Assembly (NCBI GenBank): GCA_965249485.1
Contig: OZ252239.1
Span: 1,536,001-1,600,000 of the forward strand
Direction: 5' to 3'
DNA: 64,000 nt
From: a bacterium
Lineage (GTDB): Bacteria; SM23-31
This document shows positions 1 to 10,617 of this stretch, one piece after another. Positions within the stretch are counted from its first letter, which is position 1; every line of letters starts with the position of its first letter. The notes under the pieces were generated by a model. That model did not search any database and was not told the DNA's origin. It saw nothing but the letters and a program-made list of their open reading frames with translations. The position numbers and the translations under genes were made by a program.

Positions 1-2
1 TA

Positions 3-236
3 AAAGTCTGGGCTTCAGTCTGGGATTCATCCGGGGCTTCAGTCTGGGCTTATATCGGCAACCTGTTTCCTCAAATAGACGATTGGGAATATATAGACCA
101 TAAACCCGGTGAGTACCCATTTCAGCCGTGTGTTGATTTATGGCATCGTGGATTTGTGCCGAGTTTTGATGGTGAAACCTGGCGGTTGCATTCGGGCAAG
201 AACGCAAAGATTGTATATGAGAGGGAATCACAATGA
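3..236 (+). CDS. C-terminal part of phage protein with VW[AD]S 4-aa repeats (5' partial)
   Basis: Manual translation KVWASVWDSSGASVWAYIGNLFPQIDDW...ESQ*; the stop overlaps the next ATG (ATGA). Confidence 0.75.
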   Translation, partial: KVWASVWDSSGASVWAYIGNLFPQIDDWEYIDHKPGEYPFQPCVDLWHRGFVPSFDGETWRLHSGKNAKIVYERESQ

Positions 237-436
237 GAGATGACCTATACAACGAATGCATCGGCAGATTCCCGCCTGAGCGACCGAATACGGTCAGGTG
301 TAAGACTGGGACAGGCGAAGCTCAATGCGGTACACGTCTCGGTGAGATAGATTTTGCTTTCACCAATAGTGCGATGTGCCGTGAGTGTGTCATTATCGAA
401 ATGGAAATCGATCACGACAATGAGGTGGCGGCATGA
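233..436 (+). CDS. Hypothetical phage protein
   Basis: ATGA-coupled on both sides; GAGGGA SD. Confidence 0.6.
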   Translation: MRDDLYNECIGRFPPERPNTVRCKTGTGEAQCGTRLGEIDFAFTNSAMCRECVIIEMEIDHDNEVAA

Positions 437-747
437 ACAATGAATATGAAGTGTGTCGTATTGCTGTTGAATGTGAAAAAAATTGTCTTGGCGAGTTTGA
501 AAAAAACCTTATGAATACCATTCAACACGCAGATAAAAACAATATGAAACTTTTATTCCAGGTATACCCGACCCACGTTGAGGCACATTTTAGACGCTGG
601 AATCATTTTGAGAACGAGTTGATTCCATTTGAAGATAGTCCTGATTGGTATATGGAAACCGAAATCGCATTCTGGCACGACCAAGAAATCAAAGAACAAA
701 TGGCAGTTGATGGATTTTACGACAGTCAGGGTCACAAGAATGCGTGA
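433..747 (+). CDS. Hypothetical phage protein
   Basis: GAGGTG SD; coupled to neighbouring genes. Confidence 0.65.
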   Translation: MNNEYEVCRIAVECEKNCLGEFEKNLMNTIQHADKNNMKLLFQVYPTHVEAHFRRWNHFENELIPFEDSPDWYMETEIAFWHDQEIKEQMAVDGFYDSQGHKNA

Positions 748-934
748 AACTTTTATATTCATCGTTGACGACGGCGTCAAAAAATGGGAAGAAGAAGCGG
801 ACGCATCATCACGGTATGATGCTTCGCAAAAGATCGGGCTGCAGTTGGCTCACAAAGGTATCACGGCATTATCAATGAAATTTTTGTATAGCAAAAAAAC
901 AGAAAGGGGGCATCATGGCAGAGACGAAAATTAA
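740..934 (+). CDS. Hypothetical phage protein (MRETFIFIVDDG...)
   Basis: ATG at 740 inside the 629..934 frame, overlapping the upstream stop. Confidence 0.55.
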   Translation: MRETFIFIVDDGVKKWEEEADASSRYDASQKIGLQLAHKGITALSMKFLYSKKTERGHHGRDEN

Positions 935-1901
935 TGAAAATATGGCCTTGTGGAATGCTGTATGTACGACTGATCCTGCGCAAACAAAGCCTGTTAAATA
1001 TGGTCAGCGAGAGTATACAACAGTAGATGCATATTATCAGATCAAAAAGGCAACTGAACAATGGGGCAGGCTCGGTGCAGGATGGAAAGCCGAGCACAGC
1101 ATTATTCATTTCGATGAACGTCAGCTGATTATACTTGTTGAGCTTTGCTATAAAATTGGTGAGCGGAAAGATGCAGATGGTAATACCGTCATCATCTGGA
1201 GCAGTCCCATTTATGGTTATGGCAACGTGAGTATTAATCCTGAAAAGACTAATCATGCCTTAAATGATTCTCATAAGAAATGCTTTACCGATGGCATGAC
1301 AAAAGCCCTATCATACCTTGGGTTCGATTACGACGTATTCAGCGGGAAATTCAATGACAATAAGCATCTGGACTTCGCCAATGAAAATGGCGGAAAAGGA
1401 GAGCCAAAGAAAAAGCAGTTGAAGGGTCCGGCAACCGTTAACCAGAAAAATTTAGTCAAGAAGCTGATCAAAGAAACAGACTCTACGGACAGCCGTGCCG
1501 ATGAAGTTAGAAATTTGATGGGAGTTGCAACCGTTACGGAAACATACATCGATACGTTATCAAAGCAGCAGGCGAGTGATATAATTGAGATTCTTAAAGG
1601 CGAAAAGAAGAATAGCGGGAACGGAAAAAGTAATACCTCGAAACAGGAAAACAATAAAGGCACTGATGAAGGTAATGGAGTCCAGGACAAATCGGGAAAT
1701 TCTGAAACAAGAGACAAACGGATAGCGAGCATCCATCGATATTGTGATGAAATTGAATTTACTGGTAATCGCAGAAGCCTCATCTTAGGGATGTTCAGCA
1801 TTAAGGATTTGGACGAACTCACGAAACTTACCGATGAGCAACTGGAGAAGCTTGATCATCGGTTAAGTGAGGAACTCGATAAACAGGTGTCAGCCAAGTA
1901 A
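915..1901 (+). CDS. Putative single-strand annealing protein (Rad52/Sak-like)
   Basis: N-terminal LWNAVCTTDP...YYQIKKATEQWG..G.GW and KKCFTDGMTKALSYLGF..DVF motifs; sits in the early region. Confidence 0.65.
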   Translation: MAETKINENMALWNAVCTTDPAQTKPVKYGQREYTTVDAYYQIKKATEQWGRLGAGWKAEHSIIHFDERQLIILVELCYKIGERKDADGNTVIIWSSPIYGYGNVSINPEKTNHALNDSHKKCFTDGMTKALSYLGFDYDVFSGKFNDNKHLDFANENGGKGEPKKKQLKGPATVNQKNLVKKLIKETDSTDSRADEVRNLMGVATVTETYIDTLSKQQASDIIEILKGEKKNSGNGKSNTSKQENNKGTDEGNGVQDKSGNSETRDKRIASIHRYCDEIEFTGNRRSLILGMFSIKDLDELTKLTDEQLEKLDHRLSEELDKQVSAK

Positions 1902-1934
1902 TGAGGCATCCGGTTATAACAGGAAGTTGGGGAA

Positions 1935-2939
1935 ATGAAGAAAGATACATATTATTTCAGCCACGATTCTAATGCGAGTAATGATTCTAAAATTCTAATG
2001 ATGCGATCTAAATACGGATTTGAAGGTTATGGTTTGTATTGGTCTTTGATTGAGATTATGAGACAGCAGTCAAACTATAAAATCAATCTTAAACACATTG
2101 ATGGCATTGCTTTAACCTTACCATATGACCGTGATAAACTTATTGAATTTATTGAGTATTGCTCAAACGATCCTATTCGTTTATTCAGCAAAAAGAGCGG
2201 CTATTTATTTAGTAATAGTCTTATAAGGCGCATGAAAAAAGTTGATGAAATACGAGCTTTGAGATCAGAGGTTGGAAGCAAGGGAGGCAGGATGCGGGCG
2301 GAAAGGATGAAAACCGCCAAAGAAAAAGGGGATCACACTAATAAAGAATGGCAAGTAATGAAATCTTTTTTTGACAACAAGTGTGTCAAGTGTGGCAAAA
2401 CCGGAATACAAAAAGATCATATTGTTCCAATTTATCAAGAGGGAAGCAATGCTATTACAAACCTGCAGCCTCTATGTTGTTACTGCAACACAAGTAAGGG
2501 GAATGAAACAATTGATTATAGACTGTCAAGGTGTGAAGCAATTGGTAAGCAAATGCTACAAGTTTGGTTAACCAACGGTCAAGCAAAAAGTAGCAAAGTA
2601 AAGGAAAGTAAACTAAATAAAATAAAAGATATAAATGATGATGTTATAAAGGTTCTTAAATCAAGCCGCTTTTTTAAAGACATCACATCACATAAAAATT
2701 TCAATGAATGGCTTAGAAATAATATAGATAGATATCATGACATTGATATATGTGGAGAAATTAATAAGGCGCATTTGTATCTCATAAGTTCCGGGAAACG
2801 ATATGATAATTACCTCTTATGGCTTAGCGGCACATGGCTTAAAAACGCAAAAAATACAGATAAAACAGAAAATCAGAAATCAGAAATAAAGGACAGTGAA
2901 GATGACTACCCAATTGATCACTTATCAACGGGGACATAA
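1935..2939 (+). CDS. Replication initiator (Lin1244/DUF4373-like N-terminus) with internal HNH domain
   Basis: YYFSHDSNASND..I..R..YG.EGYGLYW N-terminus; CVKC..KDHIVP..GSNAITNLQPLCCYCN HNH; precedes the DnaC-like gene. Confidence 0.8.
   Translation: MKKDTYYFSHDSNASNDSKILMMRSKYGFEGYGLYWSLIEIMRQQSNYKINLKHIDGIALTLPYDRDKLIEFIEYCSNDPIRLFSKKSGYLFSNSLIRRMKKVDEIRALRSEVGSKGGRMRAERMKTAKEKGDHTNKEWQVMKSFFDNKCVKCGKTGIQKDHIVPIYQEGSNAITNLQPLCCYCNTSKGNETIDYRLSRCEAIGKQMLQVWLTNGQAKSSKVKESKLNKIKDINDDVIKVLKSSRFFKDITSHKNFNEWLRNNIDRYHDIDICGEINKAHLYLISSGKRYDNYLLWLSGTWLKNAKNTDKTENQKSEIKDSEDDYPIDHLSTGT
2536..2630. other. Candidate phage replication origin
   Basis: Four AGCAA-core repeats followed by an A-rich AAAGTA run inside the initiator gene, as in lambda O-type origins. 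Confidence 0.35.
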
Positions 2940-3621
2940 GTCGGAACAATTATGTCCCTATTGCAACAAGGAGCTTATTTATGCTGTCACTCCTCAAGGA
3001 GCGGAGACGGAAGTCTGTTATGATCCTGCTTGTGAGGAAAAGGTATATATCGAATTTATGAAAAAGAGTCCGGAAAAGGTTCTCTATCGGCAGGGAGTAT
3101 TTGGGGATTATTTGGGGTGCACATTGAATAATTTTAAAACCAAAGATGATTTAATGATTGCTAAATGCAGGGAATTTGTTGCAGATCCCAAATATGGATT
3201 AGTGTTGATTGGAAATACCGGTACCGGGAAAACACATCTTGCAGCTGCAGTTACTCGTGGAATTGCTCAAACAGGAATCAGGACACTTTATTTCAGATCC
3301 ACTCTGGATATCATCCGGGAAATCAAGGATTCCTACAATGAAGATTCGCGATTTACGGAACTTGAATTAACAAAAAAATATTCCAATGCAGATTTTCTTG
3401 TGATTGATGATCTTGGAAGTGAGAAACATACAGAATGGAGTGCACAGACACTTTACTCTGTCATTGAGGACAGAATTAAGGAAGCAAGACCTACGGTAAT
3501 CACAACAAATTTAAGTCTTGGTGAAATTGCGAGTCAAATCAGCAAGAGGATTGCAAGCAGGCTTGCTATGTACACCGTTATAAAAATCACTATGCCGGAT
3601 TACAGAATGAGGAGAGTATGA
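2896..3621 (+). CDS. DnaC/IstB-like AAA+ helicase loader
   Basis: Walker A GNTGTGKT, Walker B LVIDDLG, TVITTN, IASRL. Confidence 0.9.
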   Translation: MKMTTQLITYQRGHKSEQLCPYCNKELIYAVTPQGAETEVCYDPACEEKVYIEFMKKSPEKVLYRQGVFGDYLGCTLNNFKTKDDLMIAKCREFVADPKYGLVLIGNTGTGKTHLAAAVTRGIAQTGIRTLYFRSTLDIIREIKDSYNEDSRFTELELTKKYSNADFLVIDDLGSEKHTEWSAQTLYSVIEDRIKEARPTVITTNLSLGEIASQISKRIASRLAMYTVIKITMPDYRMRRV

Positions 3622-3788
3622 ATAATTGTTGTGAACACCCAGTCATTGAAATTATAGGGATTCATAAGGACTATTTACAAGGTGAAATGACTCCATTATA
3701 CCGATGCCTTGAGTGCAAAGGTGTGATTGAAGTAGAAACGATCGAACGATACAGGAAAAATGACGGATTATGGATTTCAGTGGCCTAA
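3618..3788 (+). CDS. Small zinc-finger-like protein (56 aa)
   Basis: Manual translation MNNCCEH...YRCLECKG...; GAGGAG SD; ATGA overlap. Confidence 0.55.
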   Translation: MNNCCEHPVIEIIGIHKDYLQGEMTPLYRCLECKGVIEVETIERYRKNDGLWISVA

Positions 3789-4117
3789 GAAAACAACCTG
3801 CATGGCAGCGAGTGCTTTACCGTTTATGGTATGCACGGTTACATAATGAAAAACATCGCGGATTACCGCCGGGTTGGCTGCCGATCTATGAGTTTCAAAA
3901 GGTGGGCGGTTCCAGTGGTGATAGACGGTTTCGGGAAATACGGGATGAAAAGTTAGTGCCAACAGATTATGACAAATTTGAGATAGGTGAAGAAACAATC
4001 CATGCTTACCGTCTGGATTGCGACCCTTATGAAATCGATTGGCAGGAGATATTTGATCAGGGTCCCAAGTGGAGGTTTCGCAGGAAAATAGAGGAAGTTC
4101 AACTGGATTTAATATAA
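3770..4117 (+). CDS. Hypothetical phage protein, possible winged helix
   Basis: GGSSGDRRFREIR motif; operon context. Confidence 0.6.
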   Translation: MDFSGLRKQPAWQRVLYRLWYARLHNEKHRGLPPGWLPIYEFQKVGGSSGDRRFREIRDEKLVPTDYDKFEIGEETIHAYRLDCDPYEIDWQEIFDQGPKWRFRRKIEEVQLDLI

Positions 4118-4141
4118 AACAGGAACAGTGGATGTGATTTA

Positions 4142-4351
4142 ATGGATTTACCAGATAGTCGCGGAAAGCATAATAGTCATGCCAAAAGTTCAGATCATTA
4201 TCGATGGAATCATGGAAAAATAATCTCTAATGAAGGGTATGTCAAGGTTAGAGTGGGGATTAACCATCCTTGTCGTGATGAGAAAGGCAGATTTACTCAA
4301 GAAACTCACACCTTCACCATGTGCAAAGGCATGATGCCTCCTCATGTTTAG
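4142..4351 (+). pseudogene. Internally deleted HNH homing-endonuclease remnant
   Basis: HYRWNHGKIISNEGYVKVRV...HP joined directly to C-terminal RDEKGRF; HNH core missing. Confidence 0.55.
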
Positions 4352-4757
4352 GAATGATTCTATGTACGACAAAGCACTCTCATTACGACAGCCGTGGGCA
4401 AGCCTGATCATTGAAGGCTATAAGACCATCGAAACACGCACATGGCCTACAAAGCACAGAGGAAAGCTGTATATCCATGCCAGCAGGATGATTGATTTTG
4501 AGGCGAAGGAGCGATTCAAGATAACGGCAGAATTGCCAACAGGTGTATTATTGGGGACTGTCGATCTGGTCAAGGTGATACCGTTTTCAAGACAGGACTG
4601 GATTGATTTAGCCGAAGATCATTGGTGCTGGAGGGATTACAATCCCGTAGTATATGCGTGGCATGTTAAAAATCCGGAAATGATAAAGCCATTTTTACCG
4701 TGTAAAGGTTCGCGAAATCTTTTCAATGTTGATATAAAACAACTGCAGGAAGCATAA
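4344..4757 (+). CDS. ASCH domain protein
   Basis: KALSLRQPWASLIIEGYKTIETRTWPTKHRGKLYIHA. Confidence 0.9.
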   Translation: MFRNDSMYDKALSLRQPWASLIIEGYKTIETRTWPTKHRGKLYIHASRMIDFEAKERFKITAELPTGVLLGTVDLVKVIPFSRQDWIDLAEDHWCWRDYNPVVYAWHVKNPEMIKPFLPCKGSRNLFNVDIKQLQEA

Positions 4758-4759
4758 TT

Positions 4760-4927
4760 ATGGAAATAGAATTGGATCATTGTTTCATATGTAAAGAACC
4801 ATGGGAATTAGCAGATCGATGCCCATGCTGTATGATGTGTGACGAATGCTGTGAATGCGCACCTGATCCTGACATGCAGCCGGGCGGTGTTGATGATTAT
4901 TTTGGAAAGCAACCGGAGTTGGTTTAA
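4760..4927 (+). CDS. Cys-rich mini-protein (55 aa, 9 Cys)
   Basis: Manual translation MEIELDHCFICKEPWELADRCPCCMMCDECCECAPDP...*; fills the operon gap. Confidence 0.55.
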   Translation: MEIELDHCFICKEPWELADRCPCCMMCDECCECAPDPDMQPGGVDDYFGKQPELV

Positions 4928-4952
4928 AGAAATCCAGGGCAACAGGGCGAGA

Positions 4953-5234
4953 ATGAAATACAAGAAGGAAGCTGATTATCTGAAATTCCTGTGTGACCTA
5001 AATGAGAATGGTTTGTTGTCACTTCTTGATAATTCAGTTAAATCAAAAGATAGTTTCGATGCGTTTAATATTCACCTAAAACGCTATTGCAAAGCGAGAC
5101 GCAGGCAGTATGTATTAAATAGATTTAATTACTACAAAAAACGGCAATGCTTTGACCTCGCAGTTGCAAGTATTGCAAAAGAGACAGGATGGAGTGGAAG
5201 TACGGTGAGACAAATACTGGATAGGAACAGATGA
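4953..5234 (+). CDS. Putative HTH late-transcription regulator
   Basis: C-terminal HTH AVASIAKETGWSGSTVRQIL; last early gene. Confidence 0.55.
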   Translation: MKYKKEADYLKFLCDLNENGLLSLLDNSVKSKDSFDAFNIHLKRYCKARRRQYVLNRFNYYKKRQCFDLAVASIAKETGWSGSTVRQILDRNR

Positions 5235-5344
5235 TTGTTACAAACGTACACCTAATCCGAGTTTAAAATCAACTGTATTACTGTTAATTGAGAACTCTCC
5301 GGAATTCTCCTCATCGATAGTGCCCGTTTTCTCAATATAGTGTG

Positions 5345-5785
5345 CTATTGGAAGATCACTTGAGAACGTAGAGCACGTAAATACTTAATAATCTCCCACA
5401 GAGATTCAGGAATATAAACATGACCTGGAGCATACACTCTAACAGTTTCGGATTTTCCTTCATATATATAGACTATTGTATATGCGTCTGCATCAGCAAC
5501 ACTTCCAGAATAGCTCGGATCATACTGAGAAAAATTGCTGAACAACTGAATGAGAGAATCCTTTTGAGTAGTAGTTAAAATACCTTGCGAAACTTTTCCT
5601 GTCCATTCTAATTTTTGAATTGTTCCGTCGCCAAATATATAAAGCCTATCGGCGCCTCCAGATAATCCAAGACTTCTAGTATAATGGATTTCCATTTTTG
5701 AGAATTCATCAGGATCAGGTTCTGTAGAATTACTACAACTGAATAAAATTACAATAATTACACCTAATATAAATTTATTGAACAT
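5345..5785 (-). CDS. Putative lipoprotein
   Basis: MFNKFILGVIIVILFSC lipobox-like signal. Confidence 0.75.
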   Translation of the reverse strand: MFNKFILGVIIVILFSCSNSTEPDPDEFSKMEIHYTRSLGLSGGADRLYIFGDGTIQKLEWTGKVSQGILTTTQKDSLIQLFSNFSQYDPSYSGSVADADAYTIVYIYEGKSETVRVYAPGHVYIPESLWEIIKYLRALRSQVIFQ

Positions 5786-6133
5786 GTTTCCACCTATCAC
5801 TTATTCCATTACAGGGATTTTATTATAATGGCGCAAAAACCATTCCAACAGATATCCGGATTTTTGCAGAATTCTAAGCAATAAATAAACAATAACTTAC
5901 TGTTTACACCTTCACTATCATTATGAACAATAGTGCAATAATTTGCACTGCAAAATGGTGTATGTGATTGTTTCTCGGAATTTGATACTACTTTATATAC
6001 TATATACTATGAGTTTTATTCAGTATAAAGTCCCCTTACGGGATTTTACTGCATATTATACGAAAGAGGCGGGATGAAATAGAGGTGCTGTGAGATAAAT
6101 ACCGAAGAGGAATAGATGATTTTCTTAATATCG

Positions 6134-7147
6134 TTAGTTTGGGCCAAATGTTAATTGAACTAAATTGCTACCACCGACATCAATACTATAGACGGTTTCA
6201 AGGCCAAATTTGATTCCCTCGGGCGATCGGGTAAAAATAATTTTCCCATCATCTGAAGACCATGACGGTTGTTTACCATCAGTTAATTTCCTCAGGTTTT
6301 TACCATCAACATCTATTACGTATATTGAGGTAATTGCGGTTTCCAGTGATTTAGATTGAAATACAATCTTACTCCCATCAGGAGAAAACTTTGGATATAA
6401 ATGGTCACTAAATGAATTGTTCTCAATTGTTAACCGGGTTACAATATCGCTTTGTAAATTCAAAATATATAATCCTTTGTCATTATCAATTATCTTATAA
6501 CCATTATATACCAATCTTGAACCATCTGGTGACCAATTCGGCATTTGCTGACCTTGAGTTCCGGGAATGTTTAATTCAGCTATTTCCAATCCGTCACTAT
6601 TCATTATTCTTATTCGCCATGTATCATATGTTCCACCGTGTCTCACTTCATAGACGATTTTTTGTCCCAATGGATCCCAATCAGGATTAAAATTATTCTC
6701 GTTAAACGTTAATTGTTCAATCTTTGTGGTGTCAATGCTCCCGTTCACAACAGGCATTTTAAAAATTTGACCACTTGAATGATACACAATCCATTTATTA
6801 TCTGGACTCCAATCAATAATAGATGAGAACTCTTTTAACAATAGATGCGGATTACCACCATCAGCATTAGCAATCCAAAGACTGGACAATTCGAAATCGT
6901 GATCGTAACCTTTCCCTGTGCTATTCTCAATCACATGAGTATGATTGTACAATACAAATCGACCATCAGATGACATAACAGGAAAAGTATCAATTGTTGA
7001 ATGTATTGGACCTATTGTTGGAGGTTCGACGGGATTTTCGTTACACGAAAACAATATGAACAAAACAAAGAGTAAAATATTTTCACAATAGTGAACATAT
7101 TTTCTCAATATGCAATATAAACGCAATAATATTTTTTTAATGTTCAT
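6134..7147 (-). CDS. TolB-like (PD40) beta-propeller lipoprotein
   Basis: LFSC lipobox; repeated WSPDG/FSPDG motifs. Confidence 0.85.
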   Translation of the reverse strand: MNIKKILLRLYCILRKYVHYCENILLFVLFILFSCNENPVEPPTIGPIHSTIDTFPVMSSDGRFVLYNHTHVIENSTGKGYDHDFELSSLWIANADGGNPHLLLKEFSSIIDWSPDNKWIVYHSSGQIFKMPVVNGSIDTTKIEQLTFNENNFNPDWDPLGQKIVYEVRHGGTYDTWRIRIMNSDGLEIAELNIPGTQGQQMPNWSPDGSRLVYNGYKIIDNDKGLYILNLQSDIVTRLTIENNSFSDHLYPKFSPDGSKIVFQSKSLETAITSIYVIDVDGKNLRKLTDGKQPSWSSDDGKIIFTRSPEGIKFGLETVYSIDVGGSNLVQLTFGPN

Positions 7148-7264
7148 AACGTCAGATTATTTCTTCAGAGAAATAATTTTACTGAGAAATAATTATTATC
7201 ATGCATCAACAAGAGATACATAATAATATTCATTACACTTTAATGGTTCTAAATAAGTTCCATT

Positions 7265-7302
7265 AATAAGAGCGAGAAGCAAGTATACTTCTCGCTCTTA
7301 TT
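7265..7302 (-). terminator. Perfect 15-bp stem-loop downstream of the peptidase gene
   Basis: AATAAGAGCGAGAAG-8 nt-CTTCTCGCTCTTATT. Confidence 0.7.
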
Positions 7303-7318
7303 TCCAATGTAAAAAATA

Positions 7319-9469
7319 TTATTTAATCAACACCATTCGTTTCGTCTCAATAAAGTCTCCTGCTTCAAGCCTGTAAATATACGTTCCGCTGGCAAACCTG
7401 CTCGCATCAAATTTTACAGAGTAGAATCCCAGCGCCTGCTGAGTATCGACAAGTCGCACGACTTCCTGGCCAAGAATATTATATATGGTAAGCCTCACAT
7501 GTGCTGCCTCGGGCAGTTGATATTTGATCTCTGTCGTCGGATTAAATGGATTCGGATAGTTCTGCTCCAAACCATAAGAAGTAGGAAGTTGGCTATCGGC
7601 AGCAATCTTCTGTCCTGTATATTCCACAGCTTTAGATGCATACGCACCAGTAAATAACGTATCCCTAATTGTTACGCCTATTGTCACATCTTCATCTATA
7701 TAGTATGTTGCTGTAGAAGCTGTGCCTCCGCCATCATCCCACGTATATGTATAAGGTGGGACCCCACCGCTGACATGTGCTTGATATGTGTAATAATCGG
7801 GCCATTCGGCACGCCCAGGCCCCGATATATAAACGTTAGTAAGCGGTGGATTAATTCCATGTGTATCAAAAGCATCAATAATCTCATCTTCCCACTGGGC
7901 AAAATCACCTGTGGCTTCGGCTAATATCGATTCTCTCCCATCTAAAAATGTTGTGTCATCACCCAACATTTTTATCCCATCTAATATCATTTCATTCGCT
8001 TCGTGATCATAAATACCTAGAGCATCTCTTAAATCCCATAATGCACCAGAAAAAATAAGGCTTTGATCGTAAAAATTTGTAAAGTAGTGTGGTGCGGTCT
8101 CATCAATGGAAGAAATAGAATTGTAATGAAAGTTATTATTAATATCTCTTGTCCAATCCTTGGTATCACCTGGTATGTCCGCGTATTCTAATATGAGGCT
8201 ATTATCCGAGCCTAATATATCACTTTTGTATGCTAGGGCAAAATAATCTGCAACAGCTTCATTCATTGCCTTTTCTTCACTCTTGATATCATCATTATTA
8301 ACATCTAAAACACCAAATCTATTCATTATAATATAATGAACGTACTCATGGGCTATTGTAGCACCTTCACGGGTTGGATTTCTTAGTTCACTACTATCAT
8401 AACCAAAACGAATATGATTATTAGTAAGATCGTATCCTGGTGAGTCTATATCGGGATAACTTGTGTGGGCATAAATATTTGGTAGCGCACTTGCACTAGT
8501 GTCTAAACCCGCATCTCGATTCATATATCGTACGAATCGATCAATATGGTGGTATACCATGACTTGATCAAATTCTGCATCAGAATCGTCGGTTGAATAA
8601 ACAAATGTTCCATCTGTTTCTTCAACATTGGTACTGTCCCACTTATTAACATTGACAAATCTTCCTTCGAGTTTATAAACACCCCCAACAGGCGGATTTA
8701 ATCCAATAAGAGTTGCACTACTATCTATATCTCCTTGCGTTTTATTTGTCTCGTAAACCTTTCCTGTAACGGAATGCACCGAACTACCTTTTTGTATTAT
8801 GTCGCCATTATGAGCATCTATTCTATAGAATAGGCTATTATTCAATTCAAATGCATGATATACCAGACTGAACGATTGTGTTTCTTTATCTCTATTAATC
8901 ACATGTATCAATAACGTGGGTTCTGAAATTTTCGCATCTGACGTTCCGCCAATATCGTTGAGAATGATACTGGAGACCTGCTCGGGTGTAATCGAGGGTT
9001 TGGTATTTACATCAACATCAGTGAAATATTTACCGTTAACATAATAAATATCGCCGTCTTTATTAACTCTTACTGCATAACCACTTCCAATAATGGGCAC
9101 ATTATTGAAGTGCTGCTGATATACAAAACTTTTTGAACCTCGCGATGAAGTATTAGCTCTTATGAGTTTTAAATCCCGCGTAACGTTTTCAATTCCCAGC
9201 ATAACTCGTTGGTCACGTAAAAATGATTCCGCAATTTGCTTCTGTGTACCTCCATACTTGGATATTTTTATTCCCATAATTGAAGCAGGTGTTCCCGATT
9301 CTTTCAGCCGGACTTTAGGATTTCCTTCCAAATCATTGACGAAATCAATAACTGCGTCGATTCGGTCTTCCTTGGTTGGTTTCTCTTTGACCTGCTGTGT
9401 AAAACCAAAGGATGGACAAAGAAAAACAAAAACTAACATAAACAGTACAATCTTTTCTCCAATTTTCAT
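7319..9469 (-). CDS. Secreted M4/M36-type metallopeptidase with FTP-like propeptide and T9SS/FlgD-type C-terminal sorting domain
   Basis: Signal peptide; AHEYVH and NEAVAD zinc motifs; LEQNYPNPFNPTT...GTYIYRL...KRMVLIK C-terminus. Confidence 0.85.
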   Translation of the reverse strand: MKIGEKIVLFMLVFVFLCPSFGFTQQVKEKPTKEDRIDAVIDFVNDLEGNPKVRLKESGTPASIMGIKISKYGGTQKQIAESFLRDQRVMLGIENVTRDLKLIRANTSSRGSKSFVYQQHFNNVPIIGSGYAVRVNKDGDIYYVNGKYFTDVDVNTKPSITPEQVSSIILNDIGGTSDAKISEPTLLIHVINRDKETQSFSLVYHAFELNNSLFYRIDAHNGDIIQKGSSVHSVTGKVYETNKTQGDIDSSATLIGLNPPVGGVYKLEGRFVNVNKWDSTNVEETDGTFVYSTDDSDAEFDQVMVYHHIDRFVRYMNRDAGLDTSASALPNIYAHTSYPDIDSPGYDLTNNHIRFGYDSSELRNPTREGATIAHEYVHYIIMNRFGVLDVNNDDIKSEEKAMNEAVADYFALAYKSDILGSDNSLILEYADIPGDTKDWTRDINNNFHYNSISSIDETAPHYFTNFYDQSLIFSGALWDLRDALGIYDHEANEMILDGIKMLGDDTTFLDGRESILAEATGDFAQWEDEIIDAFDTHGINPPLTNVYISGPGRAEWPDYYTYQAHVSGGVPPYTYTWDDGGGTASTATYYIDEDVTIGVTIRDTLFTGAYASKAVEYTGQKIAADSQLPTSYGLEQNYPNPFNPTTEIKYQLPEAAHVRLTIYNILGQEVVRLVDTQQALGFYSVKFDASRFASGTYIYRLEAGDFIETKRMVLIK

Positions 9470-9587
9470 ACTGCACCTCCTAAAAAAAATTAGTTAATAA
9501 TTAAAACGCACTGCTAGTTATATGTTATCTTAAGATTATAAAAGCCCAATATAAAATCAAATGACATAATTCCTTTTTGCACTATCC

Positions 9588-10617
9588 CTAATAATCAATT
9601 GTATTGATCCATTGAGCCCCATTAATCTTTCCTTTCGCAAATGGTTTTATGTCACCGGATTGAACATCAATCATAAAGACTTCGACTACATTATCGGTCA
9701 TAGAAAATATTTCGGATCTTTCAAATAGAATTGATTCTCCGTTGGGTCCCCATACCGGATGATCATCAAGAAACCCCCCGTATGTGTAACTCTGATAATA
9801 TGATCCGTCCAGATTGGTCACTGAGATTGAATATCCTCTCACTGTTGAATCGATTTCTGCATAAACAAATAACTCTAAATCCTCATCCCACTCTGCGTTG
9901 TATGCCGCTTTTTTATTAATGCCATCTCGATTAATATGTTCTAAATGAGGATTATCGATCGGGACAAGATTACTTCCTGCCCTATCCATAAAATAGTAAC
10001 CACCACGTCTACCGCTTTCCTGCAATGTAACCCCAGTTACGATAAGCGTTTCAGGATCTTTCCAGCCTATTGGCAAGCTTGCGAATCCATTTCCACTAAA
10101 GGCATTCTTAACCGTTTCGGTACTAAAATCATAAAAATTAAGAACATTAAGTCCGAAAATATGCTTAGAGAAAAAGAATCCTGTGTTGTCGTAATTCCAT
10201 AGTGGATATTGGCCATGTAATGCATCAGGATAAAGAGCTACATCTTTCACAACATCATTGTTTATATCGTACATAACGAATGGCGGATCTCCATCATGAA
10301 CATATCTTGCATAGTCATTAAATAGAATTATACTTTTATCTCTTGAAAATCTGGGGCTTACTGCAGCGATTTCTTTACTGGTAACCACTTTATAATTCCT
10401 TGTGTCAAAAAAATCAATGCAGGACCAGTCTGGATATTTCCTGCTCATTTTCAATAAAAATCGCTGAAAGAGCCACCAGGTCTTGCGGACGTGTTCGTAT
10501 AACTTCATCGATATTTCCTGCTTTTTCAGGGATACCGATAATTGAATCACTGCAAAAATAGAGAGGGGAAGAAACGATGCAGATCAATAATGCATATACT
10601 ATTTTGTTTGTTTTCAT
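9588..10617 (-). pseudogene. Frameshifted TolB-like beta-propeller exported protein
   Basis: The 10414..10617 frame (signal peptide) continues in the 9588..10550 frame after a +1 shift near 10419 (SRLVL/IDFFD). Confidence 0.7.

Noticed and set aside
6021..6051. Second IS1595-type end (CAGTATAAAGTCCCC) or inverted repeat
   Set aside because: Imperfect, with no transposase or partner end nearby; could simply be a weak hairpin
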